From Saprospiraceae bacterium (lineage in GTDB: Bacteria; Bacteroidota; Bacteroidia; Chitinophagales; Saprospiraceae): 64,000 nucleotides of DNA. Below are positions 9,826 to 18,385 of this stretch, in pieces. Position numbers and translations under genes: made by a program. The stretch covers positions 21,186-85,185 of the forward strand of contig JBELML010000010.1 in assembly GCA_042095835.1 (NCBI GenBank), read 5' to 3'. The notes below the pieces were generated by a model. It was not told the origin of the DNA. It saw only the letters and a list, made by a program, of their open reading frames with translations, and did no database searches. Within the stretch, counting starts at the first letter, position 1. Each line of letters begins with the position of its first letter.

Positions 9826-10659
9826 ATGTCAAAGTTAGACCAGTACATTAGTAAACTAATGCACGATGATGATGCTTTAAAACATTTCCTTGTAGACCCC
9901 ATTACCGCAGCAGAAGACAAAAATGGGCTTACAAAAGCGGAGCGGAGCGTACTTCGAAGGGTTGTTGCTGGAATTAGTAACAACGCAACGAATGGTTTTT
10001 CAATCGTGAGACACCTCGATTCCTATCGAAGATCACTAAGGTTGCTACAGAATGTCCTGCACAAGCACCAAGGTAGCCACCCTGCCAACTTCGCAGCAAA
10101 TATTGCCAACGTGGAAGGTGGAACGACGTATAACTTTTCGGTATTCCTATACTACCCTCCACAGGTGATGAACCCTTGGCCTGTACCTGTACCAGGTGCC
10201 TATTCGAACTACTTGTTATTTACAGGCTCCTTCACCACAAGTGACGGAACAGTAACCGTAAAGCAAGTGATGGATAGCGTGACAGAAAATGGCGCGGGCG
10301 CAACTACACTTACTTCCTTGGCTAATATTGTGACCGGAGTGCATGGCGAACCCATTGTATCCGCATTTAATATTAACGGCGCAAATTATAAGGCGATCCC
10401 AGGAGATCCCAATCAGGGCAGCCACAATCCATTTTGGTTCTATTCTTTTAATGGTACAGCAAGACCTGGCGCACCCTATTATGGAAATTATTACGGAACA
10501 TTTGAAACTGGTTCTTCCCAAACCGGCTTAAACCAAAATGTACCCTTACAACCAGCAGGGACTGCAAATGTGATGTTTTGGCAATTAATTGCTCCCGAAC
10601 AGTCTTATGGATTTGATTCTTGTGTAACCACCTCAGTGGAACAAGCCTTCAAAGCTTAA
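9826..10659 (+). CDS. Hypothetical protein with a LigA/NHLP-like helical N-domain and a Gly/Asn/Tyr/Pro-rich C-terminal region
   Basis: 277-aa ORF with an ATG start and its own terminator. The N-terminal DDALKHFLVDPITAAEDKNGLTKAERSVLRRV resembles the LigA-subunit / NHLP-clan helical domain. There is no signal peptide or TM segment. Confidence 0.6.
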   Translation: MSKLDQYISKLMHDDDALKHFLVDPITAAEDKNGLTKAERSVLRRVVAGISNNATNGFSIVRHLDSYRRSLRLLQNVLHKHQGSHPANFAANIANVEGGTTYNFSVFLYYPPQVMNPWPVPVPGAYSNYLLFTGSFTTSDGTVTVKQVMDSVTENGAGATTLTSLANIVTGVHGEPIVSAFNINGANYKAIPGDPNQGSHNPFWFYSFNGTARPGAPYYGNYYGTFETGSSQTGLNQNVPLQPAGTANVMFWQLIAPEQSYGFDSCVTTSVEQAFKA

Positions 10660-10687
10660 ATTTTATTTTTAAACATGCTGCTTATTG

Positions 10688-10719
10688 ACCCACTGATTGA
10701 GCAAATCAGTGGGTTTTTA
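10688..10719 (+). terminator. Rho-independent terminator after the 277-aa gene
   Basis: 11-bp stem acccactgatt / aatcagtgggt with a 5-nt loop, followed by ttttt. Confidence 0.75.
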
Positions 10720-11059
10720 TCAAGATGCTTTTTCCCTTCCCTTCCAACAATTGATTCAACAATTTGACGAAGATCAAAAATTAATCTCCTCTATTTGTAC
10801 AGGTGCTCTTCCTTTAGCTAAAAGTGGCATCTTAAATAACCGACCAGCGACCACTTATAATCACTCAGGTAAAGAAAGGCAAATCCAGCTGGCAAATTTA
10901 GGCGCTAATGTGATTGAGGATCAAGCAATTGTCATCGATGGCAATGTGACTACTTCTTGGTCTCCGGTCACTGCTATGGATGTGGCTATTCACTTATTAG
11001 AGCAGCTGACTTCAACAGAAAATGTGTATCATATTAAAAAGATCATGGGCTTTGTTTAA
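10697..11059 (+). pseudogene. 5'-truncated DJ-1/PfpI-family (class I glutamine amidotransferase-like) remnant
   Basis: The nucleophile-elbow motif SSICTGALPLAKSG lies only about 30 codons into the ORF, instead of about 100. There is no in-frame ATG upstream. The only TTG/GTG candidates upstream of an internal TTG lie inside the preceding terminator hairpin. Confidence 0.6.
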
Positions 11060-11490
11060 TAAAATTTACTTATAGTCAAGCCAATAATTTGAAATCTTTG
11101 AAAATTTCTCCTATTTTTGCTTGTACAATTAGAAATCTTTAATTCTTCCTTCTCTATTCCTCTTATCAATTCAACAACCCTGTCCAATATTTTTTTTATT
11201 TGAAAAAAATAACCTGACATTTCATTTACTACCCGCAAGTATACTTTATCTACTCCCTTCTCCTTATTGCTCTGCATGTCGCTGAGCACCCTACTTTAGC
11301 GCTTTAAAGAAATAAATTAGTTGTTTCTAGCCTAAGATCGATATTGCTGCGGTCTTGATAAAAGCTAGAAGGCTAAGAAAAGGCTAAGCCTATATTTTTA
11401 TCATACACACAACAACCTTTACCTGCGGTCTATCCACTTGGCAGACCGCAATTTGGACATTTTAGTTCCCTTTTGATAAATATATTACTG

Positions 11491-11519
11491 CCAGACTACG
11501 ACTGTAGTCTGGTTTTTTT
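11491..11519. terminator. Hairpin terminator at the 3' end of mlaF, with its T-run on the plus strand
   Basis: ccagactac-gact-gtagtctgg followed by ttttttt on the plus strand, 7 nt from the mlaF stop. It may work in both directions. Confidence 0.6.
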
Positions 11520-11525
11520 ATGCGC

Positions 11526-12287
11526 TTATTTAGATAAGGCCGCATTGCGTAATCGCTGTAAAAATGGAGAGGCAAAAATAAATTGTTGGAGAATTTCATT
11601 ATCACTCTCTAGTACTTGATCTTTATCACCTCGCCAAGCTAGTTTCCCTAGATGGAGCAAAACGATATTCTCTCCAATCTCCATCACGGAGTTCATATCA
11701 TGCGTATTAATGATAGTGGTGATGTTGTTATCGTGGGTGATACTTTGGATCAATTCATCGATCACAATGGCTGTTTTTGGGTCTAGGCCAGAGTTGGGCT
11801 CATCACAAAAAAGATATTTGGGGTCCAATACAATAGCCCTGGCTATACCCACTCGCTTCTGCATACCGCCACTCACCTCCGAGGGGTAGCGCTTATTGGC
11901 ACCTTCTAAGGTTACGCGCTCCAGACAGTAATCGACCCGTTGCTGCTTTTCCTTAGCGGTCATACTGGTAAACATATCTAAAGGGAATCGCACATTCTCC
12001 TCTACGGTCATGGAGTCAAACAAAGCAGACGCTTGAAAAAGCATTCCGACATCCATCCGCAGCTTACGCACATCCTTTTTGGAAAGTTTACAGAAGTTGA
12101 CATCATCATAAAAGATATCTCCACTCGTGGGCGCAAACAAGCCTACCAATAGCTTGAGCAATACCGTCTTACCAGCACCACTTCGTCCAATAATGAGATT
12201 GGTTTTACCTTTATAAAACTCGGTATCGATGCCTTTCAATACTTCGTGTTCACCAAATGATTTAATTAAATTGACGGTACGGATCAT
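11526..12287 (-). CDS. mlaF: MlaF/Mkl-type ABC transporter ATP-binding protein
   Basis: Walker A GRSGAGKT, signature VSGGMQKR, Walker B LFCDEPNSGLDP. It lies downstream of an MlaE-type permease. Confidence 0.8.
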   Translation of the reverse strand: MIRTVNLIKSFGEHEVLKGIDTEFYKGKTNLIIGRSGAGKTVLLKLLVGLFAPTSGDIFYDDVNFCKLSKKDVRKLRMDVGMLFQASALFDSMTVEENVRFPLDMFTSMTAKEKQQRVDYCLERVTLEGANKRYPSEVSGGMQKRVGIARAIVLDPKYLFCDEPNSGLDPKTAIVIDELIQSITHDNNITTIINTHDMNSVMEIGENIVLLHLGKLAWRGDKDQVLESDNEILQQFIFASPFLQRLRNAALSK

Positions 12288-12307
12288 ATTTGAATAATTC
12301 GAAGGGC

Positions 12308-13054
12308 TTATGTAAATATTACGGCAATGAGATAATCTGCTAGCAAGATCAGGACATTACTAAAAACAACTGCATTAGTACTTGCTTTCCCCAACTCAAT
12401 ACTACCGCCCGTAACGTAATAACCCTGGAAACAGGATACAGAAGTTAATAAAAAGGCGAAAACAACCGATTTGAGAAACATTAGAAAGACATTATAACTG
12501 TCAAAGAAAGAGCGAATACCTAAAATATACTCCTCTGAAGACATATACCCTGCGGGTACAGTAGCGATATAACCTCCAATAACACTTACAAAAGCAGCAA
12601 TAGCTACCAATAAAGGAATGACGACCAAAGCCGCTATTATCTTAGGCATAACGAGGTAAGCTGCTGTATTGACGCCCATAATCTCCATAGCATCAATATG
12701 CTCTTTTTGTCGCATACCACCTATCTCTGCCGCCATATTGGAGCCTACTTTGCCTGCCAATACCAAACAAGTAATGGTAGGTGCTAATTCGATAATCGTA
12801 CTATCCCTGACGATGTATCCAATATAATAAACCGGCACAAGCGTACCATCTAATTGGTAGGCAAACTGTACTGCGGTCACCGCTCCAATGAAAAAAGCAA
12901 TCAAGAACACAATAGACACAGACCCTACCCCAATATCATCCATCTGACGAAGGGTCTCCTTATAGTACATCGAAGATTTTTCCGGCCTTTGTAAAGCAGT
13001 ACCTAACATGAGAAGGTACTTGCCAAAATCCCGAAGAAAATTAATAATTATCAT
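12308..13054 (-). CDS. mlaE: MlaE-family ABC transporter permease
   Basis: 248-aa polytopic membrane protein of the MlaE/YrbE type (EIGGMRQKEHIDAMEIMGVN), positioned for translation with mlaF. Confidence 0.8.
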   Translation of the reverse strand: MIIINFLRDFGKYLLMLGTALQRPEKSSMYYKETLRQMDDIGVGSVSIVFLIAFFIGAVTAVQFAYQLDGTLVPVYYIGYIVRDSTIIELAPTITCLVLAGKVGSNMAAEIGGMRQKEHIDAMEIMGVNTAAYLVMPKIIAALVVIPLLVAIAAFVSVIGGYIATVPAGYMSSEEYILGIRSFFDSYNVFLMFLKSVVFAFLLTSVSCFQGYYVTGGSIELGKASTNAVVFSNVLILLADYLIAVIFT

Positions 13055-13228
13055 ACATGCTGATTTCTAGGTCAGGCCACCGCCTGCTTTTTGCGCCACA
13101 AAGATAACAAACAATATTAGCATTGGAGTGGTTCAGTTGGGAATGGTGATTGATCTAATGTTGTCTACCTACGCGAAGGACTCAGCAGATGGATCATGAG
13201 GTAATTAAATGGGAGGATACGGAAACTA

Positions 13229-13478
13229 GGGTAAACGCATTAAAATAAAAACTTAAAAAGAAATAGTTATTACCGAAAGTTAAGTGTCAAAAAGATAATA
13301 AGTGAAGTGCGGGATGCCGCCTAGGCACTGTTCGAGTGGAACGAGTTTGGCTAGGCAAGATTTTTTTGCTTCGTTTTTGTATCGAATGACAAAAATGAAG
13401 ATGCTAGAGCGGTTTTGAATTGGAATTTCATTTGAATTTATAAAAAATTATAGTGTAATTTTTTTGGTGCGTTTGCCC
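13229..13478. mobile_element. 250-bp MITE-like element, copy A
   Basis: Terminal inverted repeats gggtaaacgcattaaaa... and ...ttttggtgcgtttgccc. TA flanks both ends. It is close to 90% identical by eye to a second copy at 43984..44232, including an identical central block of about 80 nt. Confidence 0.7.
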
Positions 13479-13628
13479 TATACGGGAACGCGCGAAAGTT
13501 ATAGGTGTTTTGTAGTTTTATCTTTTGTCTGGATGCTAGTCGGTGAAATAAGGCGTATTTTACTACTATCACTAGAACTATGCACTCATTGACATATGAT
13601 CTCATTACATCATTAAATCATAATACAC

Positions 13629-14330
13629 ATGACCGTTGTAATTACAGGGAGTACTCAAGGGATAGGTCTCGCTATTGCTAAGGCCTTTGCGGCAGAAGGG
13701 GCCAACTTAGCCTTGACTGCCAGAACCGGTGTACACCTACAAAGGACACAAGAAGAACTAGCTAAGCGCTTTCCTAGCAGCCAAATCCTCATCCACCCCA
13801 GTGATATGGGTCTTATGGAGGAGGTGAGGTCTTTTGCAGAAAAGGTGAAATCAACTTTTGACCAAGTTGACGTACTCGTCAATAATGCAGGCCTTTTTCT
13901 AGTCGGAAATATGCTAGAAGAGCCAGAGGAGAATTTATCCCAGATGATGGCCGTAAATGTACTAGGCCCGGCCACCCTGACTAGAGCCTTAATGCCTTGG
14001 ATCAAAAAATCGGACAAGGGGCATATCTTCAATATTTGTTCGGTGGCTAGCCAAACTTACTTCCCCATGAGTGGCTCCTATAGTACGACCAAATATGCTT
14101 TCCTAGGATATACCAGAGCGCTCCGACAAGCACTAAAAGATAAAAACATCAAGGTTACCGCCATGCTTCCTGGTGCTACCCTAAGTCGGTCATGGGATGG
14201 AGTAGAAGTCGATCCGCAACGATTAATGCAAGCCGATGATGTAGCACAGGCCGTCGTATCCGCTTGGAAATTACCCCCAACAGCACTGGTAGAGGAGTTA
14301 ATCATGCGTCCTCCCTTGGGAGATTTGTAG
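13629..14330 (+). CDS. Short-chain dehydrogenase/reductase (SDR)
   Basis: TGSTQGIG cofactor loop, NNAG, and the catalytic YSTTKYA (YxxxK). Confidence 0.85.
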   Translation: MTVVITGSTQGIGLAIAKAFAAEGANLALTARTGVHLQRTQEELAKRFPSSQILIHPSDMGLMEEVRSFAEKVKSTFDQVDVLVNNAGLFLVGNMLEEPEENLSQMMAVNVLGPATLTRALMPWIKKSDKGHIFNICSVASQTYFPMSGSYSTTKYAFLGYTRALRQALKDKNIKVTAMLPGATLSRSWDGVEVDPQRLMQADDVAQAVVSAWKLPPTALVEELIMRPPLGDL

Positions 14331-14410
14331 GTGTCATTTAAACATTATTTCCTCATTTTTATCCGCCAAAGCTTCTGCGAAGGCGGTCACTATTAAATTA
14401 TTCACCCAAC

Positions 14411-15109
14411 ATGAACATACTCATCACTGGCGCTAGCCAAGGCATAGGAGCCGCACTAGCTTACCAACTCGGTAAAATGGGACATCAAATACTAGTGGTG
14501 GCTCGAAATGAGGATAAACTCAAAGCACTTCAGACAAAAATACTAGGAGCAACTGCAGGTAAGATAGACTATCTTGCCGCAGATATCACTCAGCTTAAAG
14601 AGGAAGACCTGGTGGAAAAAATCCATCATTTAGGTGGCCTGGATATCTTGATCAACAATGCTGGTTTGCTCAAGAAAGCACCATTCCAACAGCTTAGTAT
14701 AGCAGATTGGCGACATACCTTTGAAGTTAATTTTTTTGCTACCGTTCAGCTGATCCAGTTTTGCCTACCTTACCTACAGAAAAGCGAGGGTGCCCACGTC
14801 GTCAACATCGGTAGCATGGGCGGCTATCAGGGCGGACAGCGCTTCGAGGGCCTTGCTGCTTATGCGGCAAGTAAAGCAGCACTCGCCAATCTAACGGAGA
14901 GCTTAGCGGTAGAATTGGTGAATCAAAAAATAGCTGTAAATTGCTTGGCCTTAGGCGCCGTGCAAACCGAGATGCTAAATACGGCATTTCCGAATTACAA
15001 GGCGCCTTTGACACCTGAGAAGATAGCCCAATATATCGCTTGGTTTAGTACTGAAGGGCAGGCCTTTTTTAATGGAAAGATCATCCCCGTCAGTAGCTCA
15101 AATCCTTAA
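14411..15109 (+). CDS. Short-chain dehydrogenase/reductase (SDR)
   Basis: TGASQGIG, NNAG, and YAASKAA (YxxxK). Confidence 0.85.
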   Translation: MNILITGASQGIGAALAYQLGKMGHQILVVARNEDKLKALQTKILGATAGKIDYLAADITQLKEEDLVEKIHHLGGLDILINNAGLLKKAPFQQLSIADWRHTFEVNFFATVQLIQFCLPYLQKSEGAHVVNIGSMGGYQGGQRFEGLAAYAASKAALANLTESLAVELVNQKIAVNCLALGAVQTEMLNTAFPNYKAPLTPEKIAQYIAWFSTEGQAFFNGKIIPVSSSNP

Positions 15110-15134
15110 GAAACTTAAAAAACATACGTCGAGT

Positions 15135-15806
15135 ATGAATCCGACACTAGACAATTTTCATCCTTACCAAGCACGCAAGTTGAGTATCGATGAAACCCAA
15201 AATGCTGCAAAAGCATACTATAACTTACTAGACCAGAGGAGGTCGGTAAGAGAGTTTTCTGATCAAGCCATTCCTATAGAGGTCGTTGAAAATATTATCA
15301 TGACCGCTAGTTCTGCACCTTCTGGCGCGCATAAGCAACCTTGGACCTTTTGTGTCATCCAAGACCCAGCCATCAAAAAAGCGATACGAGAAGCCGCAGA
15401 AAAAGAAGAGTATGAGAACTACCACGGCCGGATGTCTGAAGAATGGCTAAAGGACCTCGAAAAATTCGCTACCGACTGGAATAAACCCTTCCTTGAAACC
15501 GCACCCTATCTTATAGTGTTATTCAAAAAGGCTTATGATTTTAATGAGGATGGGTCAAAGTCAAAAAACTACTACGTCAATGAATCTGTAGGAATTGCAG
15601 CTGGGTTTTTGATCTCAGCGATTCACCAAGCGGGACTCGTCACGCTGACACATACCCCTAGCCCCATGAATTTTCTACAGAAAATATTAAATCGACCTGA
15701 AAACGAAAGAGCTTTTTTATTATTACCCATCGGATACCCTGCCGACGATGCTCAAGTACCTATACTCCATAGAAAATCAAAAGAAGACGTAATCGTAGTG
15801 TATTAA
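15135..15806 (+). CDS. Nitroreductase-superfamily flavoprotein, iodotyrosine-deiodinase-like
   Basis: RRSVREFSDQAIP...SSAPSGAHKQPWTF matches the IYD/BluB-like branch of the nitroreductase fold. I chose the ATG at 15135 (MNPTLD) over the ORF-track start at 15072, which overlaps the SDR. Confidence 0.7.
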   Translation: MNPTLDNFHPYQARKLSIDETQNAAKAYYNLLDQRRSVREFSDQAIPIEVVENIIMTASSAPSGAHKQPWTFCVIQDPAIKKAIREAAEKEEYENYHGRMSEEWLKDLEKFATDWNKPFLETAPYLIVLFKKAYDFNEDGSKSKNYYVNESVGIAAGFLISAIHQAGLVTLTHTPSPMNFLQKILNRPENERAFLLLPIGYPADDAQVPILHRKSKEDVIVVY

Positions 15807-15875
15807 ATCACCATGTTCACAAACAAACAAAAACGATCTCTGTCCGGACCATAAGATAGAGTGCTATTCTTAACT

Positions 15876-16613
15876 ATGTGTACAGTTACTTTTATCCCGC
15901 AAGAGGGTCAAGACTTTATATTGAGTTCGAATCGCGACGAACAAGCTAGCCGATCGCCACAGGGACTCTCTCGAATAGATCAATACGAAAAAGAGCTACT
16001 TTTTCCTAGAGATACGGAAGCAGGAGGCACTTGGATCGCAGCCTCTAATAAAGACCAAGTGGTTTGCTTACTTAATGGTGCTTTTGAAAGCCACCATCGC
16101 CAACCACCTTATCGAAAGAGTAGAGGAATCATGGTCTTAGAGTTCTTTGAATTTGATCGAGCTGAAGGATTCCTGCAAAATTATTCGCTGGATAATATGG
16201 AACCTTTTACTTTTGTAATATACGATCAAGGGCAATTGTTTGAATTACGGTGGGATGGGAGCAAAAAACACATCAAACTGCTCTCTCCTCAAGAAATGCA
16301 TATTTGGTCTTCAGCAACGCTTTACGACCAAAAAGCACAGCAAAAAAGACAAAGTTGGTTCGAAAGCTGGAAAGTCAGCTACCCGAATCCTAGCCTTGCT
16401 GCTATTCTTGACTTCCACCATAATACAGGAGAAGGAAATCCCTGGAATGATGTGGTCATGAACCGGATGGGAATCGTCCAGACCGTAAGTGTCACCAATA
16501 TTTCTAGAACTAAAGAAGCCATAGATATACAGTACCATGAGATTGTAAAGGATACCATTGTCAAATCAAAAATATTGTTGAGTGGTGAAGTGGTGGAGTC
16601 AACTAAAATATAA
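15876..16613 (+). CDS. NRDE-family (TANGO2-like) protein
   Basis: Starts MCTVTF with the Met-Cys N-terminus typical of the family, and carries the SSNRDE motif. The ATG at 15876 is preferred over the upstream GTG. Confidence 0.75.
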   Translation: MCTVTFIPQEGQDFILSSNRDEQASRSPQGLSRIDQYEKELLFPRDTEAGGTWIAASNKDQVVCLLNGAFESHHRQPPYRKSRGIMVLEFFEFDRAEGFLQNYSLDNMEPFTFVIYDQGQLFELRWDGSKKHIKLLSPQEMHIWSSATLYDQKAQQKRQSWFESWKVSYPNPSLAAILDFHHNTGEGNPWNDVVMNRMGIVQTVSVTNISRTKEAIDIQYHEIVKDTIVKSKILLSGEVVESTKI

Positions 16614-17670
16614 ACCTTCTTTTATCAAGCTCACCCAGTGGGAATACTGGCCAATGATTGCGTTTTATTGGCCGATGTTCTTGTATGGTCCTGTTTTGGC
16701 CTTTCGCACGAAGCATCTCTGCTTTTTTACACCAGCCAATCCAGGATTAGATGCAGGTGGTATGTGTATGGAATCTAAATTTCACACGCTAGATTTACTT
16801 CCAAAGGCAGCTCGCCCTACCTCTATATTCGTACCTGATGGAATGCTTAGTAGGGATATCGAAACTGCAATTGCAAATTCGGGCCTCAGCTATCCTATGA
16901 TTGTAAAACCTAATGTAGGTTTTAGAGGGCTTTTAGTAAAAAAAGTAAATACTTTTCAGGAGCTTGACCAGTATATCAAGCAATATCCAATTGATTTCCT
17001 CATCCAGGAATTCCTAAGTCATGCTGAAGAAGTAGGCGTATTCTACGCCCGACTACCAGATGAGAAGCAAGGCGAGATCATTTCGCTTACCTTGAAAGAG
17101 TTTTTATATGTAACTGGTGATGGACAGGCGACGGTTGCAGAACTCGTTCAACGCAAACCAAGGGCTTTATTGCAATGGGAAAGGCTACAAGAAACCCATT
17201 CGGATGTATTATACACTATTCCAAAGGTTGGAGAAAAGGTACGCCTTGGCGTCATTGGCAATCATTCTAAGGGGACCACTTTTATAAATGGCAATGACCA
17301 AATTGATACTCAATTGACCAAGGTATTTGATGACTTAGCCACTCGGATCGAAGGCTTTTACTACGGTCGATTCGATATTAAATGTGAGAGTTTGGAGGAG
17401 CTTAAAGCTGGTAAGAATTTCAAAGTGATTGAGCTTAATGGTGTTTTTGCCGAGCCTACACATATCTACGATCAAACTAAAATTTCCTATTTTGGTGCGC
17501 TAAAGACGATCCTAAAACACTGGGATATTGTCCAAAGAATTGGCTTACAAAATAAAGCCCGCGGCGTCAAACCCATGCCATTACCAGAAATGCTCAAAGT
17601 GATCAAAAGTATCAGAGATTACGGCAAATTGATTGAATATCACGCTCAAAAAGAAATCTCTCCTTCTTAG
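16582..17670 (+). CDS. ATP-grasp domain protein with a hydrophobic N-terminal segment
   Basis: MIVKPNVGFRGLLV, IQEFL and VIELNGVFAEP are ATP-grasp-type motifs, and WEYWPMIAFYWPMFLYGPVLAF lies at the N-terminus. The start is uncertain: the GTG at 16582 overlaps the NRDE gene, and the next ATG at 16654 would remove the conserved WEYWP. Confidence 0.65.
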   Translation: MVKWWSQLKYKPSFIKLTQWEYWPMIAFYWPMFLYGPVLAFRTKHLCFFTPANPGLDAGGMCMESKFHTLDLLPKAARPTSIFVPDGMLSRDIETAIANSGLSYPMIVKPNVGFRGLLVKKVNTFQELDQYIKQYPIDFLIQEFLSHAEEVGVFYARLPDEKQGEIISLTLKEFLYVTGDGQATVAELVQRKPRALLQWERLQETHSDVLYTIPKVGEKVRLGVIGNHSKGTTFINGNDQIDTQLTKVFDDLATRIEGFYYGRFDIKCESLEELKAGKNFKVIELNGVFAEPTHIYDQTKISYFGALKTILKHWDIVQRIGLQNKARGVKPMPLPEMLKVIKSIRDYGKLIEYHAQKEISPS

Positions 17671-17673
17671 GAT

Positions 17674-18321
17674 ATGCCACTCTTTTTACAACAACATATC
17701 GAACCTCAAGGGGAAATTGGTCTCTGGCAAATCGAAGAATCCGAAGATTGGTTTCTAGATCGATTAGTATTACATCCCACCGAATATGCACAGCTCGACC
17801 AAATCAAAGGCCGTAAACGAACCGAGTGGTTGGCCGTACGACAGCTGATTCATCAAATGTCAGGACGGGAAAAACGAGGTATTTTCATTAAGGATGAGTT
17901 TGGTAAACCCCGTTTAGAAAATTCTGATTGGCAGATCTCCATTAGTCACTCCAGACTACTTGGTGCCGCCATTGCAGCGCCTATGGCTGTAGGAATTGAC
18001 ATCCAAAAAATCGTACCTAAGATAGAGCGCCTGATCCCTAAGTTCATGAACAAGGCAGAACAGGACTCCCTTTCTATCCAGGACAGAATCGTACATGCCC
18101 ACATTTATTGGGGTGCTAAAGAGGCATTATATAAAGCCTATGGCCGTCGAGAGCTAGACTTCTGCGAGCACCTGCTAGTAGAGCCATTCTCCTTTTCAAA
18201 TAAAACAGGTCAAACTACCGCAACCATTATTAAAGGTGATTTTTTAGAATCACATAACATATACTACTCTATTTTAGAAAATGGATACGTATTGGTCTAT
18301 TGCTTAAGCAATAACTCCTAA
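17674..18321 (+). CDS. 4'-phosphopantetheinyl transferase (Sfp-type)
   Basis: ISISHS...GIDIQ and WGAKEALYKAYG motifs. It starts 3 nt after the ATP-grasp stop codon. Confidence 0.8.
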   Translation: MPLFLQQHIEPQGEIGLWQIEESEDWFLDRLVLHPTEYAQLDQIKGRKRTEWLAVRQLIHQMSGREKRGIFIKDEFGKPRLENSDWQISISHSRLLGAAIAAPMAVGIDIQKIVPKIERLIPKFMNKAEQDSLSIQDRIVHAHIYWGAKEALYKAYGRRELDFCEHLLVEPFSFSNKTGQTTATIIKGDFLESHNIYYSILENGYVLVYCLSNNS

Positions 18322-18385
18322 AATGTTGAATACTCTGAATATAATTCAATAACTTGGACCATCTAATAGCAAATCCGAGTAAAAA

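Noticed and set aside
11056-11289. 77-aa Lys/Glu-rich minus-strand ORF between the DJ-1 remnant and mlaF
   Set aside because: There is no motif, no signal peptide, no obvious promoter or terminator of its own, and the context is A/T-rich. It cannot be supported as a gene from sequence alone, though a small protein is not excluded.
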